Assembly: GCA_945872355.1 (NCBI GenBank)
Contig: CAMBZU010000004.1
Span: 3,609-67,608, forward strand
Length of the DNA: 64,000 nt
Reading direction: 5' to 3'
Source of the DNA: Chitinophaga pinensis
GTDB lineage: Bacteria > Bacteroidota > Bacteroidia > UBA4408
Shown: piece by piece, positions 40,487 to 51,039 of the stretch
Numbering within the stretch: the stretch's first letter is position 1
Layout: each line of letters begins with the position of its first letter
Notes under the pieces: model-generated
Told to the model about the DNA's origin: nothing
Databases searched by the model: none
What the model saw: the letters and a program-made list of their open reading frames with translations, nothing else
Position numbers and translations under genes: made by a program

Positions 40487-41769
40487 CAAAACCAACTTTT
40501 AATAGAAAAAACTAAACTTTGTCCGCTTGCTTTTTTTGGCATTATTAAACCTTCTAATTGATTAGAACCAAGGCCAATGGTAAAACACTTCCATATCCTT
40601 TGTTGAAGCATTATACCATAATTAAAATAACCATATCCTCCATAACCAATACTAATTGTTGCATTGGTATTTTGCTTGTAAAAGTATGTTCCACCCACTG
40701 CTATAAATGGCAAATACACATCATTAAATCTATACCTGCCACTAAAGTTAAGTACAAATTTTCCCGGTATTAAATTATGACAATAATTTACTTGCAACCA
40801 AGCAGGCAATACTGTTTTAAAAGATTTGTTGGTGTTTCGCTTTCCTAAATTAAGCAATGAATCACTAGAAAGTTTTATTAATGAATCGTTTATAGTAATC
40901 AAATTTGGAATGTTGATTCCTTCAAACCTAAATAATGTATCATAGTTATAGGCAATAGCGCTATTTTTCCAATACAAATAACCAAAATCATTGACTGAAA
41001 TTTGCAATTTGTGCTGCTCCTTTGTAAGCAATTGATAATACATATCAACACTAAACCCTGCTCCTTTAGCATGATCTGGTATTAATTGTTTATTCTTTAA
41101 CGTATCTGTTCGATTGTATTTTCCTGCAATGTCTAAATCTAAATATTCACCATCTGTTGCGGTAAATAAATCAGCCTTACTCAAAGAGGCACGTTGCGCA
41201 TTCCTTCCATTTAAATAGCTCGCCATAAAACCAATTTGATACCTGTTTTCTTTTAACAACCAAGTTTTCTCAAGCCCAATCCCTGCTTGTTGATATGATA
41301 TAAAATCTAATTTAAAATCGGCCAATTTGGCTGTTTGATTTTCATACATCGCATTGCCAAAGAAACCCACATTGAAAAAATCTTTCGTCATTTCTAAATT
41401 CAAATGTCTTCTTTCTGCAATTCTTGCAATATAACTCCATCCTGTTTGTTTAAATACAGTATCTAATTGATGTCTAAAAACCACCCCTAAATCAGCATCT
41501 ACACCAAAACGATTGAGGTTCTTTAAATTCTTGGCTGCATTTTGCTTTACCTCATTGGTAAGATATCCTCCCTTATAAAAATCGGTATAAAAACTGTTGG
41601 GGAATGCGTTCGACTTGGCTGTGAAATTACCAAACATTTCAACATTAAAATGTTTTTGAGCACTTAATGAATCGGTAAATAGATTGATTTGGCTAAATAC
41701 ACTATTGGTGAAAAATAAAAATATTGAAGTGTAAAAAGCAGTGCTGTGTGACATTATACTACGCTTCAT
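40486..41769 (-). CDS. Outer-membrane protein (DUF5723-like barrel)
   Basis: Signal peptide, FFGNAMY, GAGFSVD and SVNDFGYLYWK motifs, C-terminal WF. Confidence 0.6.
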   Translation of the reverse strand: MKRSIMSHSTAFYTSIFLFFTNSVFSQINLFTDSLSAQKHFNVEMFGNFTAKSNAFPNSFYTDFYKGGYLTNEVKQNAAKNLKNLNRFGVDADLGVVFRHQLDTVFKQTGWSYIARIAERRHLNLEMTKDFFNVGFFGNAMYENQTAKLADFKLDFISYQQAGIGLEKTWLLKENRYQIGFMASYLNGRNAQRASLSKADLFTATDGEYLDLDIAGKYNRTDTLKNKQLIPDHAKGAGFSVDMYYQLLTKEQHKLQISVNDFGYLYWKNSAIAYNYDTLFRFEGINIPNLITINDSLIKLSSDSLLNLGKRNTNKSFKTVLPAWLQVNYCHNLIPGKFVLNFSGRYRFNDVYLPFIAVGGTYFYKQNTNATISIGYGGYGYFNYGIMLQQRIWKCFTIGLGSNQLEGLIMPKKASGQSLVFSIKSWF

Positions 41770-43364
41770 TATTGCACCTGTACATTAAATAAAATATTCC
41801 CTGTCAATTTCAAATCTAACTTATAATCACTATAAATTTTGTACTTGTTTGGATTGTTGAAAGTATTAATGGTAACAACAGCTAACACCCTACGTTTTTC
41901 TACTAATTTATTTAAAAGTTCATTGCTAATGGTGATTGGAAGTTTACTTTCTTGCGTGGTTCTTACTTTTCCATCTGCATCAGGTTGTGCAGCTAAAATT
42001 GTGGTTTTATCCATCAATTGCTCTTGCTTTTGCATGTTGTTATCTAAGAGGTAAAACTTAACATCTGCATCAAAAGGAAAACTATTTACAGCAATCAATT
42101 TTAGCGATGCCGATTTTACTGTGTTGTGCTCTTTTAATGTGTCTTTTTGTAAATATACAGTATCAATTAGAGTTAAATTGGTTGATGAAAAATGTAATGG
42201 AATATCTAATCTTACATGAGCATCAACAGCTTTATCAGTGTAAACAAAATCGTTCCCATTTGAAATATTACCAAACGGATTTAGTTCTGTAGCATAGCCA
42301 TAACTAAAATTTGTGGGCATGTTTTCTAATAAACTAACAATATTGCTATTGGTGCTATTGTATTCAAAACTATAAAAGCTTGGGGTAAAAGGAAAATCGG
42401 TGGCTCTATGCACATTAAAAGTTTGGGCTACGCTATTGTGCTGCAAAGCAACACTATTGCCTGTTTTATTGTTTATTGACTGAAAAGAAAGTAAGCTTGC
42501 TCTGATATCTGCTCCAATGCCGTTATTAATAGCTAAATTTAATGTTGCTTCTTGTAATGAAAAACTACCCGCAACTATTCTATCAAATAGCGATATACTT
42601 GAATTGGCATAACTTGTGTCTTTGCTTTGTCCAAAATAACCTTTAGCATAATAAGGCACAATACTTTTTAACTTTAATGAAACCAATAAACTATCTGTTG
42701 AAAATATTTGAGCTAAACCTGTTGCTGTATTACTTACATTGGCAATGAGGTGTGTTACCAAACGATTAACATTGGCTCCAGAAATACCTCTTAAATCAAT
42801 ATCATAACCATCTAAATTAAAAGTGGCGCTGTAATTTCCTCCATTGCTTGAATTATAAGCAGGAATAGTAGCATTAAAGGTGTAAGGTAACCCGTTTTTT
42901 ATGGCTTTGGGTAAAATATAAGTTACGTCAACTGGTTGGTTTATTTTATTAATGATCTTAACTTCAATCGCACCCGATTTTACAATGAGTCGGGAGAGTT
43001 CTAAAGGGGTAAAATTTAATTTTGTTTCTTCTGTTAAGTCTAAAAAATTATCGCCTGGATTTAAAAAAATGGAACCAAAAGGAATGGTAAAAAATTTAAT
43101 AATGGCAGTATCTGGCAACTGTTGCGCATTTACAAAGCCACTGCTGTTAAAATGATCATCATAAACCAAATCAATAGAATTATCACTATTTATTTGTGTT
43201 AGCGAGTCTGGTAAAATTTGATCAATGCCCAAGCTTGTTTTAAATATTGGCCCAAGTATATTGGTATCCCAATCGGTGGCTTCTCTTTTTTGACATGCGC
43301 TAAAACTGAGTAGCACAGCAAATAAAAAGAGGAATTGTTTTAAATAAAATAGATGCTTATTCAA
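41769..43364 (-). CDS. Hypothetical lipoprotein (partner of the adjacent barrel)
   Basis: Lipobox FSAC at about residue 24; beta-rich; stop overlaps the next start (TAATG). Confidence 0.75.
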   Translation of the reverse strand: MNKHLFYLKQFLFLFAVLLSFSACQKREATDWDTNILGPIFKTSLGIDQILPDSLTQINSDNSIDLVYDDHFNSSGFVNAQQLPDTAIIKFFTIPFGSIFLNPGDNFLDLTEETKLNFTPLELSRLIVKSGAIEVKIINKINQPVDVTYILPKAIKNGLPYTFNATIPAYNSSNGGNYSATFNLDGYDIDLRGISGANVNRLVTHLIANVSNTATGLAQIFSTDSLLVSLKLKSIVPYYAKGYFGQSKDTSYANSSISLFDRIVAGSFSLQEATLNLAINNGIGADIRASLLSFQSINNKTGNSVALQHNSVAQTFNVHRATDFPFTPSFYSFEYNSTNSNIVSLLENMPTNFSYGYATELNPFGNISNGNDFVYTDKAVDAHVRLDIPLHFSSTNLTLIDTVYLQKDTLKEHNTVKSASLKLIAVNSFPFDADVKFYLLDNNMQKQEQLMDKTTILAAQPDADGKVRTTQESKLPITISNELLNKLVEKRRVLAVVTINTFNNPNKYKIYSDYKLDLKLTGNILFNVQVQ

Positions 43365-43400
43365 TGATGTTTATCTTTTTAAATTAGAGGTAAACTTAAT

Positions 43401-43435
43401 AAAAAAAGGGTTACAATAATGTTTGTAACCCTTTT
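43401..43435 (-). terminator. Intrinsic terminator of mdh
   Basis: AAAAGGGTTACAA-TAATGT-TTGTAACCCTTTT perfect stem. Confidence 0.85.
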
Positions 43436-43455
43436 CTTTAAAAATTAGTGGGCAA

Positions 43456-44394
43456 TTAAGCAGTTGCTTTCATGTTATCTAAAACAGCCATCACTTCCTT
43501 AACTGCTTTAGCCGATTCTTTGCAAAGATTCATTTCTTCTTCATTCAATTTTAATTCAATTATTTTTTCGATACCGTTTTTACCTAAAATAACTGGCACA
43601 CCCATGTAGATATCTTTCATTCCATATTCGCCATTTAACCAGGCACAAACTGGGAACACTCTCTTTTGATCGCGAACAATTGCTTCCACCATTTGCGCAG
43701 CTGCCGCTCCTGGTGCATACCAAGCTGAAGTTCCTAATAGGTTCACAATTTCTCCTCCGCCTTTTTTAGTTCTATCAATAATTGCATCTAACTTTTCTTT
43801 TGATATCAATTCAGTTACTGGTATACCACCAACAGTAGTATATCTTGGAAGCGGAACCATAGTATCACCATGACCTCCCATTAATACAGCTTGAATATCT
43901 TTTGGCGAAACATTTAATTCAGTTGCTAAAAATGCTTTGTAGCGCGCAGTATCTAAAATACCCGCCATGCCAAACACTTTATTTGAAGGTAGTTTTGCAT
44001 TTAAATAAGCACAATATGTCATTACATCTAATGGGTTAGAAACCACAATAATGATGGCATTTGGTGAATGTTTAATAACATTATCTGTAACTGTTTTTAC
44101 AATGCCTGCATTGGTAGCAATTAAATCATCGCGAGTCATACCTGGCTTACGCGGTAAACCAGAAGTAATAACAACAACTTCTGAACCAGCCGTTTTCGAA
44201 TAGTCATTCGTGCTGCCTGTGATGCGGCTATCATACATATTTATTGGGGCTGTTTGCCACATGTCTAAAGCTTTACCTTCAGCAAAGTTTTCTTTAATGT
44301 CGAGCAAAACAACCTCATTGGCCAACTCTTTATGGGCAATTACATCTGCGCAGGTTGCCCCTACATTGCCTGCTCCAATAACAGATACTTTCAT
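43456..44394 (-). CDS. mdh: Malate dehydrogenase (LDH-like)
   Basis: IGAGNVG, PRKPGMTRDDL, VSNPLD, GILDTAR, GGHGD and SAWYAP motifs. Confidence 0.96.
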   Translation of the reverse strand: MKVSVIGAGNVGATCADVIAHKELANEVVLLDIKENFAEGKALDMWQTAPINMYDSRITGSTNDYSKTAGSEVVVITSGLPRKPGMTRDDLIATNAGIVKTVTDNVIKHSPNAIIIVVSNPLDVMTYCAYLNAKLPSNKVFGMAGILDTARYKAFLATELNVSPKDIQAVLMGGHGDTMVPLPRYTTVGGIPVTELISKEKLDAIIDRTKKGGGEIVNLLGTSAWYAPGAAAAQMVEAIVRDQKRVFPVCAWLNGEYGMKDIYMGVPVILGKNGIEKIIELKLNEEEMNLCKESAKAVKEVMAVLDNMKATA

Positions 44395-44429
44395 GATATT
44401 ATTTTTTAGTTTAGAAATATTAATTTGTG

Positions 44430-44437
44430 CAAATTTA
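44430..44437 (-). promoter_or_regulatory. -7 promoter box (TAAATTTG) for mdh
   Basis: TAnnTTTG match 36 bp upstream of the ATG. Confidence 0.65.
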
Positions 44438-44486
44438 GTAATCTGTAATTGATAAAAAAATGATATTAAATAAGGTTTATAAAATT

Positions 44487-46811
44487 CTATTTCACTTTCA
44501 ACAACTTCTTAGCCATTTTACCTTCAATGGATAGCATAATTGATGGCAGTAACAATAAATTAGTAAACATGGCAATCAATAAAGTTAAGGATAACAATAT
44601 TCCTAAAGCTGCCGTACTTCCAAAATCTGAAAGCGAAAAAATAAAGAAGCCGGCAAATAAAATAATATTGGTATAAATCATACTTCTACCTGTCTCTAAA
44701 ATGGTGGCATGCACCGCTCCTGCATAGGTTTGTGTTCTACTTTGCAATTCCTGTCTAAATCTCGATAGAAAGTATATTGTACCATCGCTCGAAATACCAA
44801 AAGCAATACTAAAAATTAAAATGGTAGATGGCTTAAACCTTATCCCAAAATAACCCATTAAACCTGCTGTAATAATTAAGGGTATTAAACATGGAAGTTT
44901 ACTCAATAAAATTATCCTTAAGCTTCTAAACAAGGCTAGTCCAATTAAAATAATTAATAAAATTTCAACCGCTAAGCTTTCTAATAAATTAGCTAATAAA
45001 TAATCGTTCCCTTTTAAAAATATTAAACTATGCCCCGTAAAACTTACTTTGTAATCTGTACCTGCAAATACCGAGTCTGCTTTAGGCTGTATCTCCTTCA
45101 TTAAGGTTTTAATGCGCTCAGAGCCTACATCTGCCATCTGATAACTGATGCGCGTATATTGTCTGCTTCTATCTAAAAACAAATTAAAATTCGACATATT
45201 GCTTTTAATAGGTAAACTATAATCCGATAGTTTTTTCAATTCTGTAAAGCCAGGCAAAATATAATATTTAGGATTTCCATCTTTATAAAACTGATATGAA
45301 AACTTTATGGCTTCGGCCAATGACAATGGTTTAGAAAACTCAGGATACTTGGCTATTTTCTTTTGCAGTGCATTTATTTTGTACAAAGCCTTAGCGTTAT
45401 CAGCAAACACACCATTGGGTTTCTTTGTATCTATTAAAATCTCAAATGGTAAAACCCCATTAAAGTTTTTTTCAAAAAAACGCAAATCATCATATACTTT
45501 GTCCTTTTGCGGAAAATCATCAACCACAAAACCCAACACTGAAATTTTAAACATTCCTATGATTGAAACCACGGTAACAATACCAATGGTAAAATAAACA
45601 GCTTTTCTTCTGTTACTTACTAAATATATAATGTAGTCTAACATTTTATTAACTCGCTTGCCTTCCAAATGCTTAGTATGTTTCATTTTTGGCGGAGATA
45701 AGTAGCTCAAAACAATAGGTATTAATATCAGCGTAATTCCAAAAGTAATCATCACATTAATTCCTGAAACTACACCAAACTCAACCAAAAGCGCACTATT
45801 GGTAAAATAGAGCACTGCAAAACCAATAGCTGTTGTTAAATTTGCTAAAAACAGGGTAATACCCATGGTGTTTATCATACGCGCCAAAGCCTTGGTTTTA
45901 TTCCTATGACGCGCATATTCTGCATGATATTTATTGATAAAAAATATACAATTTGGCACGCCAATAATTAAGATTAATGGCGGCACAAGCGCTGATAAAA
46001 CCGTTATTTTATAATTCAATAACTCAATGGTTCCTACCGACCAAATTACGCCAATAACAACTACTAAAAGCGATACAAAAACTGACGACATGGAACGAAA
46101 AAACACCCACAAAATCAAAAACATAAGCACCAAAGCCACGCCTAAAAATAATAACATTTCCCTTGATACTTTCTGCATAAAAACTGTTCTTATATAAGGC
46201 ATTCCGCTCAAATGCACATCAGTACCATGCTTTGCCGAATATGCCAAAGCCATCTTCTTAATTTCATTTACAATTTCTATCCGGTTTTTTGAATTAATTT
46301 CTGATTGCGAAAAGGTAACTGCCATTATATGTGAATCTGTTTCCTTGTTTAAAACAAATCCATCATAAAATGGCAATGAATCTAATGATAGTCGAACCCG
46401 ATTTAACTGCTCCTGGGTTTCGGGCAAATGGGTTAAAAAAGGAACAAACATTATTTTATGCAAAGAATCATCAAAGGCTACCTTGCTCACATTCGTAATT
46501 GCAATAACATTCTCAACACCTTTTATCTTTTTAATATCAAGCGATAAATTATGCCAATCATTAAATTTATTTATTGTAAAGAAATTTTTGTCTTGAACAC
46601 CAATAGCCATAATGTTGCCATCCTGCCCAAACAAATCTTTAAAATTATTGTACTCAGTATAAGCACTGTCGGTATTGGGTAATATTTTAGGAAACTCATA
46701 CGAAAGCTCAATTTTAGAAGCGTGATAGCCCATAAAAGCAGTTAGCATAGCTAATACAACAATAAAGGCAATACGATTTCTGAGTATTTTACGTGCAATA
46801 AATGGCCACAT
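44487..46811 (-). CDS. MMPL/RND family transporter
   Basis: Two repeats of TM + soluble loop + 5 TM; SGMPYIR, NLTTAIGF and AFGISSDGTIYFL motifs. Confidence 0.9.
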   Translation of the reverse strand: MWPFIARKILRNRIAFIVVLAMLTAFMGYHASKIELSYEFPKILPNTDSAYTEYNNFKDLFGQDGNIMAIGVQDKNFFTINKFNDWHNLSLDIKKIKGVENVIAITNVSKVAFDDSLHKIMFVPFLTHLPETQEQLNRVRLSLDSLPFYDGFVLNKETDSHIMAVTFSQSEINSKNRIEIVNEIKKMALAYSAKHGTDVHLSGMPYIRTVFMQKVSREMLLFLGVALVLMFLILWVFFRSMSSVFVSLLVVVIGVIWSVGTIELLNYKITVLSALVPPLILIIGVPNCIFFINKYHAEYARHRNKTKALARMINTMGITLFLANLTTAIGFAVLYFTNSALLVEFGVVSGINVMITFGITLILIPIVLSYLSPPKMKHTKHLEGKRVNKMLDYIIYLVSNRRKAVYFTIGIVTVVSIIGMFKISVLGFVVDDFPQKDKVYDDLRFFEKNFNGVLPFEILIDTKKPNGVFADNAKALYKINALQKKIAKYPEFSKPLSLAEAIKFSYQFYKDGNPKYYILPGFTELKKLSDYSLPIKSNMSNFNLFLDRSRQYTRISYQMADVGSERIKTLMKEIQPKADSVFAGTDYKVSFTGHSLIFLKGNDYLLANLLESLAVEILLIILIGLALFRSLRIILLSKLPCLIPLIITAGLMGYFGIRFKPSTILIFSIAFGISSDGTIYFLSRFRQELQSRTQTYAGAVHATILETGRSMIYTNIILFAGFFIFSLSDFGSTAALGILLSLTLLIAMFTNLLLLPSIMLSIEGKMAKKLLKVK

Positions 46812-46830
46812 CTTACAAAAAATTAAGCTG

Positions 46831-46838
46831 CAAAGTTA
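46831..46838 (-). promoter_or_regulatory. -7 promoter box (TAACTTTG) for the MMPL gene
   Basis: TAnnTTTG match 20 bp upstream of the ATG. Confidence 0.65.
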
Positions 46839-46877
46839 TAAGCCTTTTTTAAGTCGACTTAAATAATATTACTGAAA

Positions 46878-48086
46878 TTATTTAAATGGGCTCCTAACCT
46901 GCCAATTTGTGCTGTTTTCAGCCATAAAATAATCTGCCGAGTAACGATAGCCAATTTTTAAAACTGGATTTCTAATTTGAAAAAAATTGCTCTTAATTAA
47001 TGGTGTGGCTCCAGCAATGGCTTTGGCTTCGTAGGCAGTTCGTCCAAGTCTTAAGCAAGGTTTTTTTAGCGCAATGGTATCTTTAATACCCTGCTGCAAC
47101 ATACACTGATATAACTGATGACTTTTATTAACTTTATAATCAATGCCAATATAATATAATTCAACATGTTCAGCCATGCTAATATAAGTAGTAAAGCCAA
47201 CTATTTCATTATTCAACTTCCAAACTTTAAAATTGAAATTTTGCAGCATGGCTTTTTTCATTCCAATAAAATAAGCCATATTTAATACACCCATTTTAAA
47301 TGAACTTCTAGAAATTACATTTAGATATAATTCATTGAGTTTTGCCGCATGCTGGGCTATTTGTTCTGCACTAAAATCTTCAATTATAAAACTTGAAATA
47401 TGTGCTTCAATTTTTTTAGCTCTAACAGCGTATTTTTTACTTAAGGCTTCAATATAATTTTCAATATTTATCCAAGTCGATGGAACTTTCATTTGCATCA
47501 AAACATCATCGGGCATGGGTTTATATTTGCTATTTATTTTTAATAACTCATCGCTTAACAAGGCATTGGCATCTTTAACAATAAAAATACTACTGTCACT
47601 TGCTCTTTTTACTTTTGCCACAACCTTTTCAAATATCATTGCCAAATCAGCACTTTTACTCCATTGTTTTTTTATTACTAAACCTGGAATATCTGTGCTA
47701 AAAATATGACCATTTAACAAAAGATTATAAGTATGTGAAGCTATCAAGCAATATAAATTCTTAGCTGCAAATGACAAGTCAGAAAAATCAGGATAACAGG
47801 CCTTGCGCAACAATAAATTTTGAAAATAGAAAAGCGCAACTGTTTCATTGCCCTCCTTAACTATAACGTAATTGTATGTAAAGTCTACCAACTGCGCTTT
47901 TTCAGCAACACCAATTAAGGCTTTGCAATATTGCGGCTCGTGTTTTTTTGAAAATGTGTCCCATTCATCGGGCAACGCATCTAAGGTGGTGTAAATTTCA
48001 ATATTGTAATTCCCAAGCAAAATACACTGCCAAGGTAAAAAACGAGTGCTTATCTTTTGTGGTTTAATGATGGAGCTTGTGTTCAA
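46878..48086 (-). CDS. Tandem-GNAT (FemAB-like) fold protein
   Basis: W..IENYIEALSKKY..R, LYLNV, YIGIDY and LGRTAYEAKAIAGA motifs. Confidence 0.7.
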   Translation of the reverse strand: MNTSSIIKPQKISTRFLPWQCILLGNYNIEIYTTLDALPDEWDTFSKKHEPQYCKALIGVAEKAQLVDFTYNYVIVKEGNETVALFYFQNLLLRKACYPDFSDLSFAAKNLYCLIASHTYNLLLNGHIFSTDIPGLVIKKQWSKSADLAMIFEKVVAKVKRASDSSIFIVKDANALLSDELLKINSKYKPMPDDVLMQMKVPSTWINIENYIEALSKKYAVRAKKIEAHISSFIIEDFSAEQIAQHAAKLNELYLNVISRSSFKMGVLNMAYFIGMKKAMLQNFNFKVWKLNNEIVGFTTYISMAEHVELYYIGIDYKVNKSHQLYQCMLQQGIKDTIALKKPCLRLGRTAYEAKAIAGATPLIKSNFFQIRNPVLKIGYRYSADYFMAENSTNWQVRSPFK

Positions 48087-48093
48087 AGATACT

Positions 48094-48423
48094 TTATTGC
48101 TTCTCTCTATTTGCTGAAATGCTGTTGTCTAAAATAATAAAAACATCTTCATTGGGCTGTTTCATTAAATATTTCTCACGGGCAAAACGCTCTAAATAAA
48201 CCGGATCTTCAATTAAATGTTTTAAATCAGTTTCATTTTTTTCAATCTCAGCCAAATAATATTTTTTTTCTTCGTCCAGCTGCTTTAACTCTTGCACTGT
48301 TTTATATTGTGTTACAAAGTCATACCTATCAAAAAATAACAACCACGAAAGCAAAAATACAATGGTGATGGTGTACTTGTTTTTTAAAACAATTAATATT
48401 CTTTTTGCTTTTGGATTTAACAT
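48094..48423 (-). CDS. Septum formation initiator (FtsB/DivIC family)
   Basis: KNKY + TM + coiled coil + LERFAREKYLMK.PNEDVF. Confidence 0.9.
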   Translation of the reverse strand: MLNPKAKRILIVLKNKYTITIVFLLSWLLFFDRYDFVTQYKTVQELKQLDEEKKYYLAEIEKNETDLKHLIEDPVYLERFAREKYLMKQPNEDVFIILDNSISANREKQ

Positions 48424-48497
48424 ATTACAAAAATGATGTTTTTATTTGTTAGTTAAAAAATAAACTTACTCGATTATAAACAAAAACCTGTTTAAAC

Positions 48498-48884
48498 CTA
48501 CAATTCTGTTACTGGAAGATCAATATCTTGTTCTCCTGTTTTAGTTTTTACCTTAACTGCAATGCCGCCTGAAACAATTTCACTAACCGTAGAATCATAG
48601 CCAACAGCATAAATATAATAATCTCCTTTAAGCAATCCCTCAAAATGCGCATGTGCTGCAGCAGTGCCCTCTTGAACAGCTATTTTAGCATCATCATAAT
48701 CAGAAGCATTTACCCCAGGTAATTCTGTAGCTCCATATTTAATGTAAACAGTTGCGTTTGGAATGCTTGTTCCGTGATGCTTGGGAAATGCAGCAATAGC
48801 ATTATCGCCACCTGTTCCGTTCTTTTTGCAGGCCACAAGCGTTACAAAAGTTAAAATTAAAGCAATGTTGTTTAGTTTTTTCAT
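48498..48884 (-). CDS. Small hypothetical lipoprotein
   Basis: Lipobox LVAC; IPNATVYIKY and GLLKGDYYIYAVGYD suggest a prealbumin-like beta-sandwich. Confidence 0.75.
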   Translation of the reverse strand: MKKLNNIALILTFVTLVACKKNGTGGDNAIAAFPKHHGTSIPNATVYIKYGATELPGVNASDYDDAKIAVQEGTAAAHAHFEGLLKGDYYIYAVGYDSTVSEIVSGGIAVKVKTKTGEQDIDLPVTEL

Positions 48885-48896
48885 ATTATTTAATGA

Positions 48897-50837
48897 TTAG
48901 TTTTTTATAAATTGTTTGTTAAAATTATTTTCCTTGGTGGCAATAGTTATATGATATAGGCCTGCGGCTAAATCACTAATATCAACAGTTATACTTTTGT
49001 TAGCGCTGTCTATTATCATACTTTTGAATGCCATTTTTCTACCATCAATACTGTAAATATTAATTGATTCCATCCTGAAATTATTTTCATTTGGCACCTT
49101 AACATGAAGCATATCATTTGCTGGATTTGGAAAAACAAGTAGTTCATTTTCTTGATTTTTCAATTGTTTAATATTCGTCACTAAATTTTGATTGCATACG
49201 ATCCAATGTGTTGGATCAATAATAATGCTATCTACTTTAAAACCAAGTTGCGCTGTAAAGTTTTGTCCCGAAAATAGATGATTAAAAACAATGGTTGTAT
49301 CTGATATACTATTTTTAAAATGAATGGGAACAGGCATTTCAAAAAATGAAACAGAGCTGTGTGACTGCGTTTGCGATAAGGTAAAACTTACTAAGTTAGA
49401 ATTGTCCTGATCATAACTTAATTGATATGAAGGATACCCCTCTCCCCAATACCAATCATTAAAAAACTCATCTAAGTTTTGACCACTTTGTATTTCCAAT
49501 TCATTTTTTAAATCAATATTTCTAGCATAGCTATTGCTTAGCAAAGGATTGTTTTGATAGTTTTTTAAAGCCGTAAAAAAATTATCGTCTCCAATTTTCC
49601 ATCTAAGCATATGAAGCACCATGGCAGCCTTACTATAAGTTAACCGCGCATCAAATAATCTTGCAATATCCGTTGTGTCGCTCACAAAAACAGAACCATC
49701 TGCCGATGATGTAATAAAGTCTACTTGATTTGCCTTCCATATTTTCCAATATAAATTTGGAGAAAAGCGCTCATAGCACAAACCTGTGGCATAAGTAGCA
49801 AAACCTTCATTTAACCACAAATCTTGCCAAGAGCCACATGTAACATGATCACCAAACCACTGATGAGCTAATTCATGAGCCAACAATTCATAAGAGAAGC
49901 CACCAACAAAACTCATCGTTTGATGCTCCATGCCTCCTCCCCAATTAAATTGTGCATGCCCATATTTTTCGCTCATAAACGGATAAGGAACAAATAAGCT
50001 ATCGTAAAAAACCAAATGATTCAACATTTCATTTACTGCAACTTGAGCTTCATTCAAACTTTCGTTATAAACGTAGTTTACCACATTTAAATTGCCTGTG
50101 CTTAACTGCACCTGATTTGTAAAAACCGTATAATCTGTAACAGCTATCGCAACCAAATAACTCGCAATTGGATATCGATGTTTCCAGTGCGTATTTTTAT
50201 TTAAACCATTAACTATTTCACTCACTAATAATCCATTTGATGCTACTTTATATTGCAGTGGAGCATTTACAAAAACATCTATGGAATCTATTTTGTCATT
50301 TAAATCCTGTTTGGTTGGCCACCAATCTTTTGCGCCGTAGGGCTCTGATAAGGTCCACATTACAGGTGTATTATTGGCGCCATGGCTTTCGGCAGCAAAT
50401 GAACCAAATCCAGACCCTGGAGGTACGCCTTGATAAAATACTGTTAGTGAATCATAATTGGCCGAAGGTAAATATTGATTAAATGAAATGCTAAGTATAT
50501 TGTTATTTTGAAAATGATTCAATAAAAAACCATTCATCAAAACACTATCAACAGTTAAGCTATCATTCACTTCTAATTTTAATTCATTTAAACTATCGGC
50601 ATGATAAAAAAGATAATAAATATTTCCTGCAATGTATTTTATAGCTGGATCAACACTCCAATGCATTATGCAATATTTTAAATCATAATTATTAGGCAAT
50701 ACTGCTGCAATTTGTTTATTGGCCTTTTGAAAAAATTGTTTTTCTTGCTGTGCAATATGCTTTACTTCATTCTGCTGCGCATGTAAATTGAAAATAAAGT
50801 ATAGCAAACAAACTAAAAAAGCAATTGCATTTTTCAT
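48897..50837 (-). CDS. M1 family aminopeptidase with T9SS CTD
   Basis: GGMEH and HELAHQWFG...WLNEGFATY motifs; C-terminal VFPNPA CTD; start set at ATG 50837. Confidence 0.93.
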   Translation of the reverse strand: MKNAIAFLVCLLYFIFNLHAQQNEVKHIAQQEKQFFQKANKQIAAVLPNNYDLKYCIMHWSVDPAIKYIAGNIYYLFYHADSLNELKLEVNDSLTVDSVLMNGFLLNHFQNNNILSISFNQYLPSANYDSLTVFYQGVPPGSGFGSFAAESHGANNTPVMWTLSEPYGAKDWWPTKQDLNDKIDSIDVFVNAPLQYKVASNGLLVSEIVNGLNKNTHWKHRYPIASYLVAIAVTDYTVFTNQVQLSTGNLNVVNYVYNESLNEAQVAVNEMLNHLVFYDSLFVPYPFMSEKYGHAQFNWGGGMEHQTMSFVGGFSYELLAHELAHQWFGDHVTCGSWQDLWLNEGFATYATGLCYERFSPNLYWKIWKANQVDFITSSADGSVFVSDTTDIARLFDARLTYSKAAMVLHMLRWKIGDDNFFTALKNYQNNPLLSNSYARNIDLKNELEIQSGQNLDEFFNDWYWGEGYPSYQLSYDQDNSNLVSFTLSQTQSHSSVSFFEMPVPIHFKNSISDTTIVFNHLFSGQNFTAQLGFKVDSIIIDPTHWIVCNQNLVTNIKQLKNQENELLVFPNPANDMLHVKVPNENNFRMESINIYSIDGRKMAFKSMIIDSANKSITVDISDLAAGLYHITIATKENNFNKQFIKN

Positions 50838-50853
50838 AGAAAAAATTGAACTG

Positions 50854-50861
50854 CAAAGATA
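50854..50861 (-). promoter_or_regulatory. -7 promoter box (TATCTTTG) for the M1 aminopeptidase
   Basis: TAnnTTTG match 17 bp upstream of ATG 50837. Confidence 0.65.
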
Positions 50862-50977
50862 ATAGGATTTCATTCAATCATAAAATCAATAAGTGTTTGT
50901 GCGATGGCCAAGTAGTATTTTTATTTGCAGAAATACTAAATGTGATAGTGATTTTAAAGAAAAATAGTATTCGAAAC

Positions 50978-51039
50978 CCTGGATGCAAGGGCAGGAAAAC
51001 TCAAAACCTGCCCTTTTATCCACCACAGAAACATCCAGG
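50978..51039. other. Nested GC-rich stem-loop (candidate structured RNA)
   Basis: Outer stem CCTGGATG/CATCCAGG encloses inner stem AAGGGCAGG/CCTGCCCTT. Confidence 0.55.
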
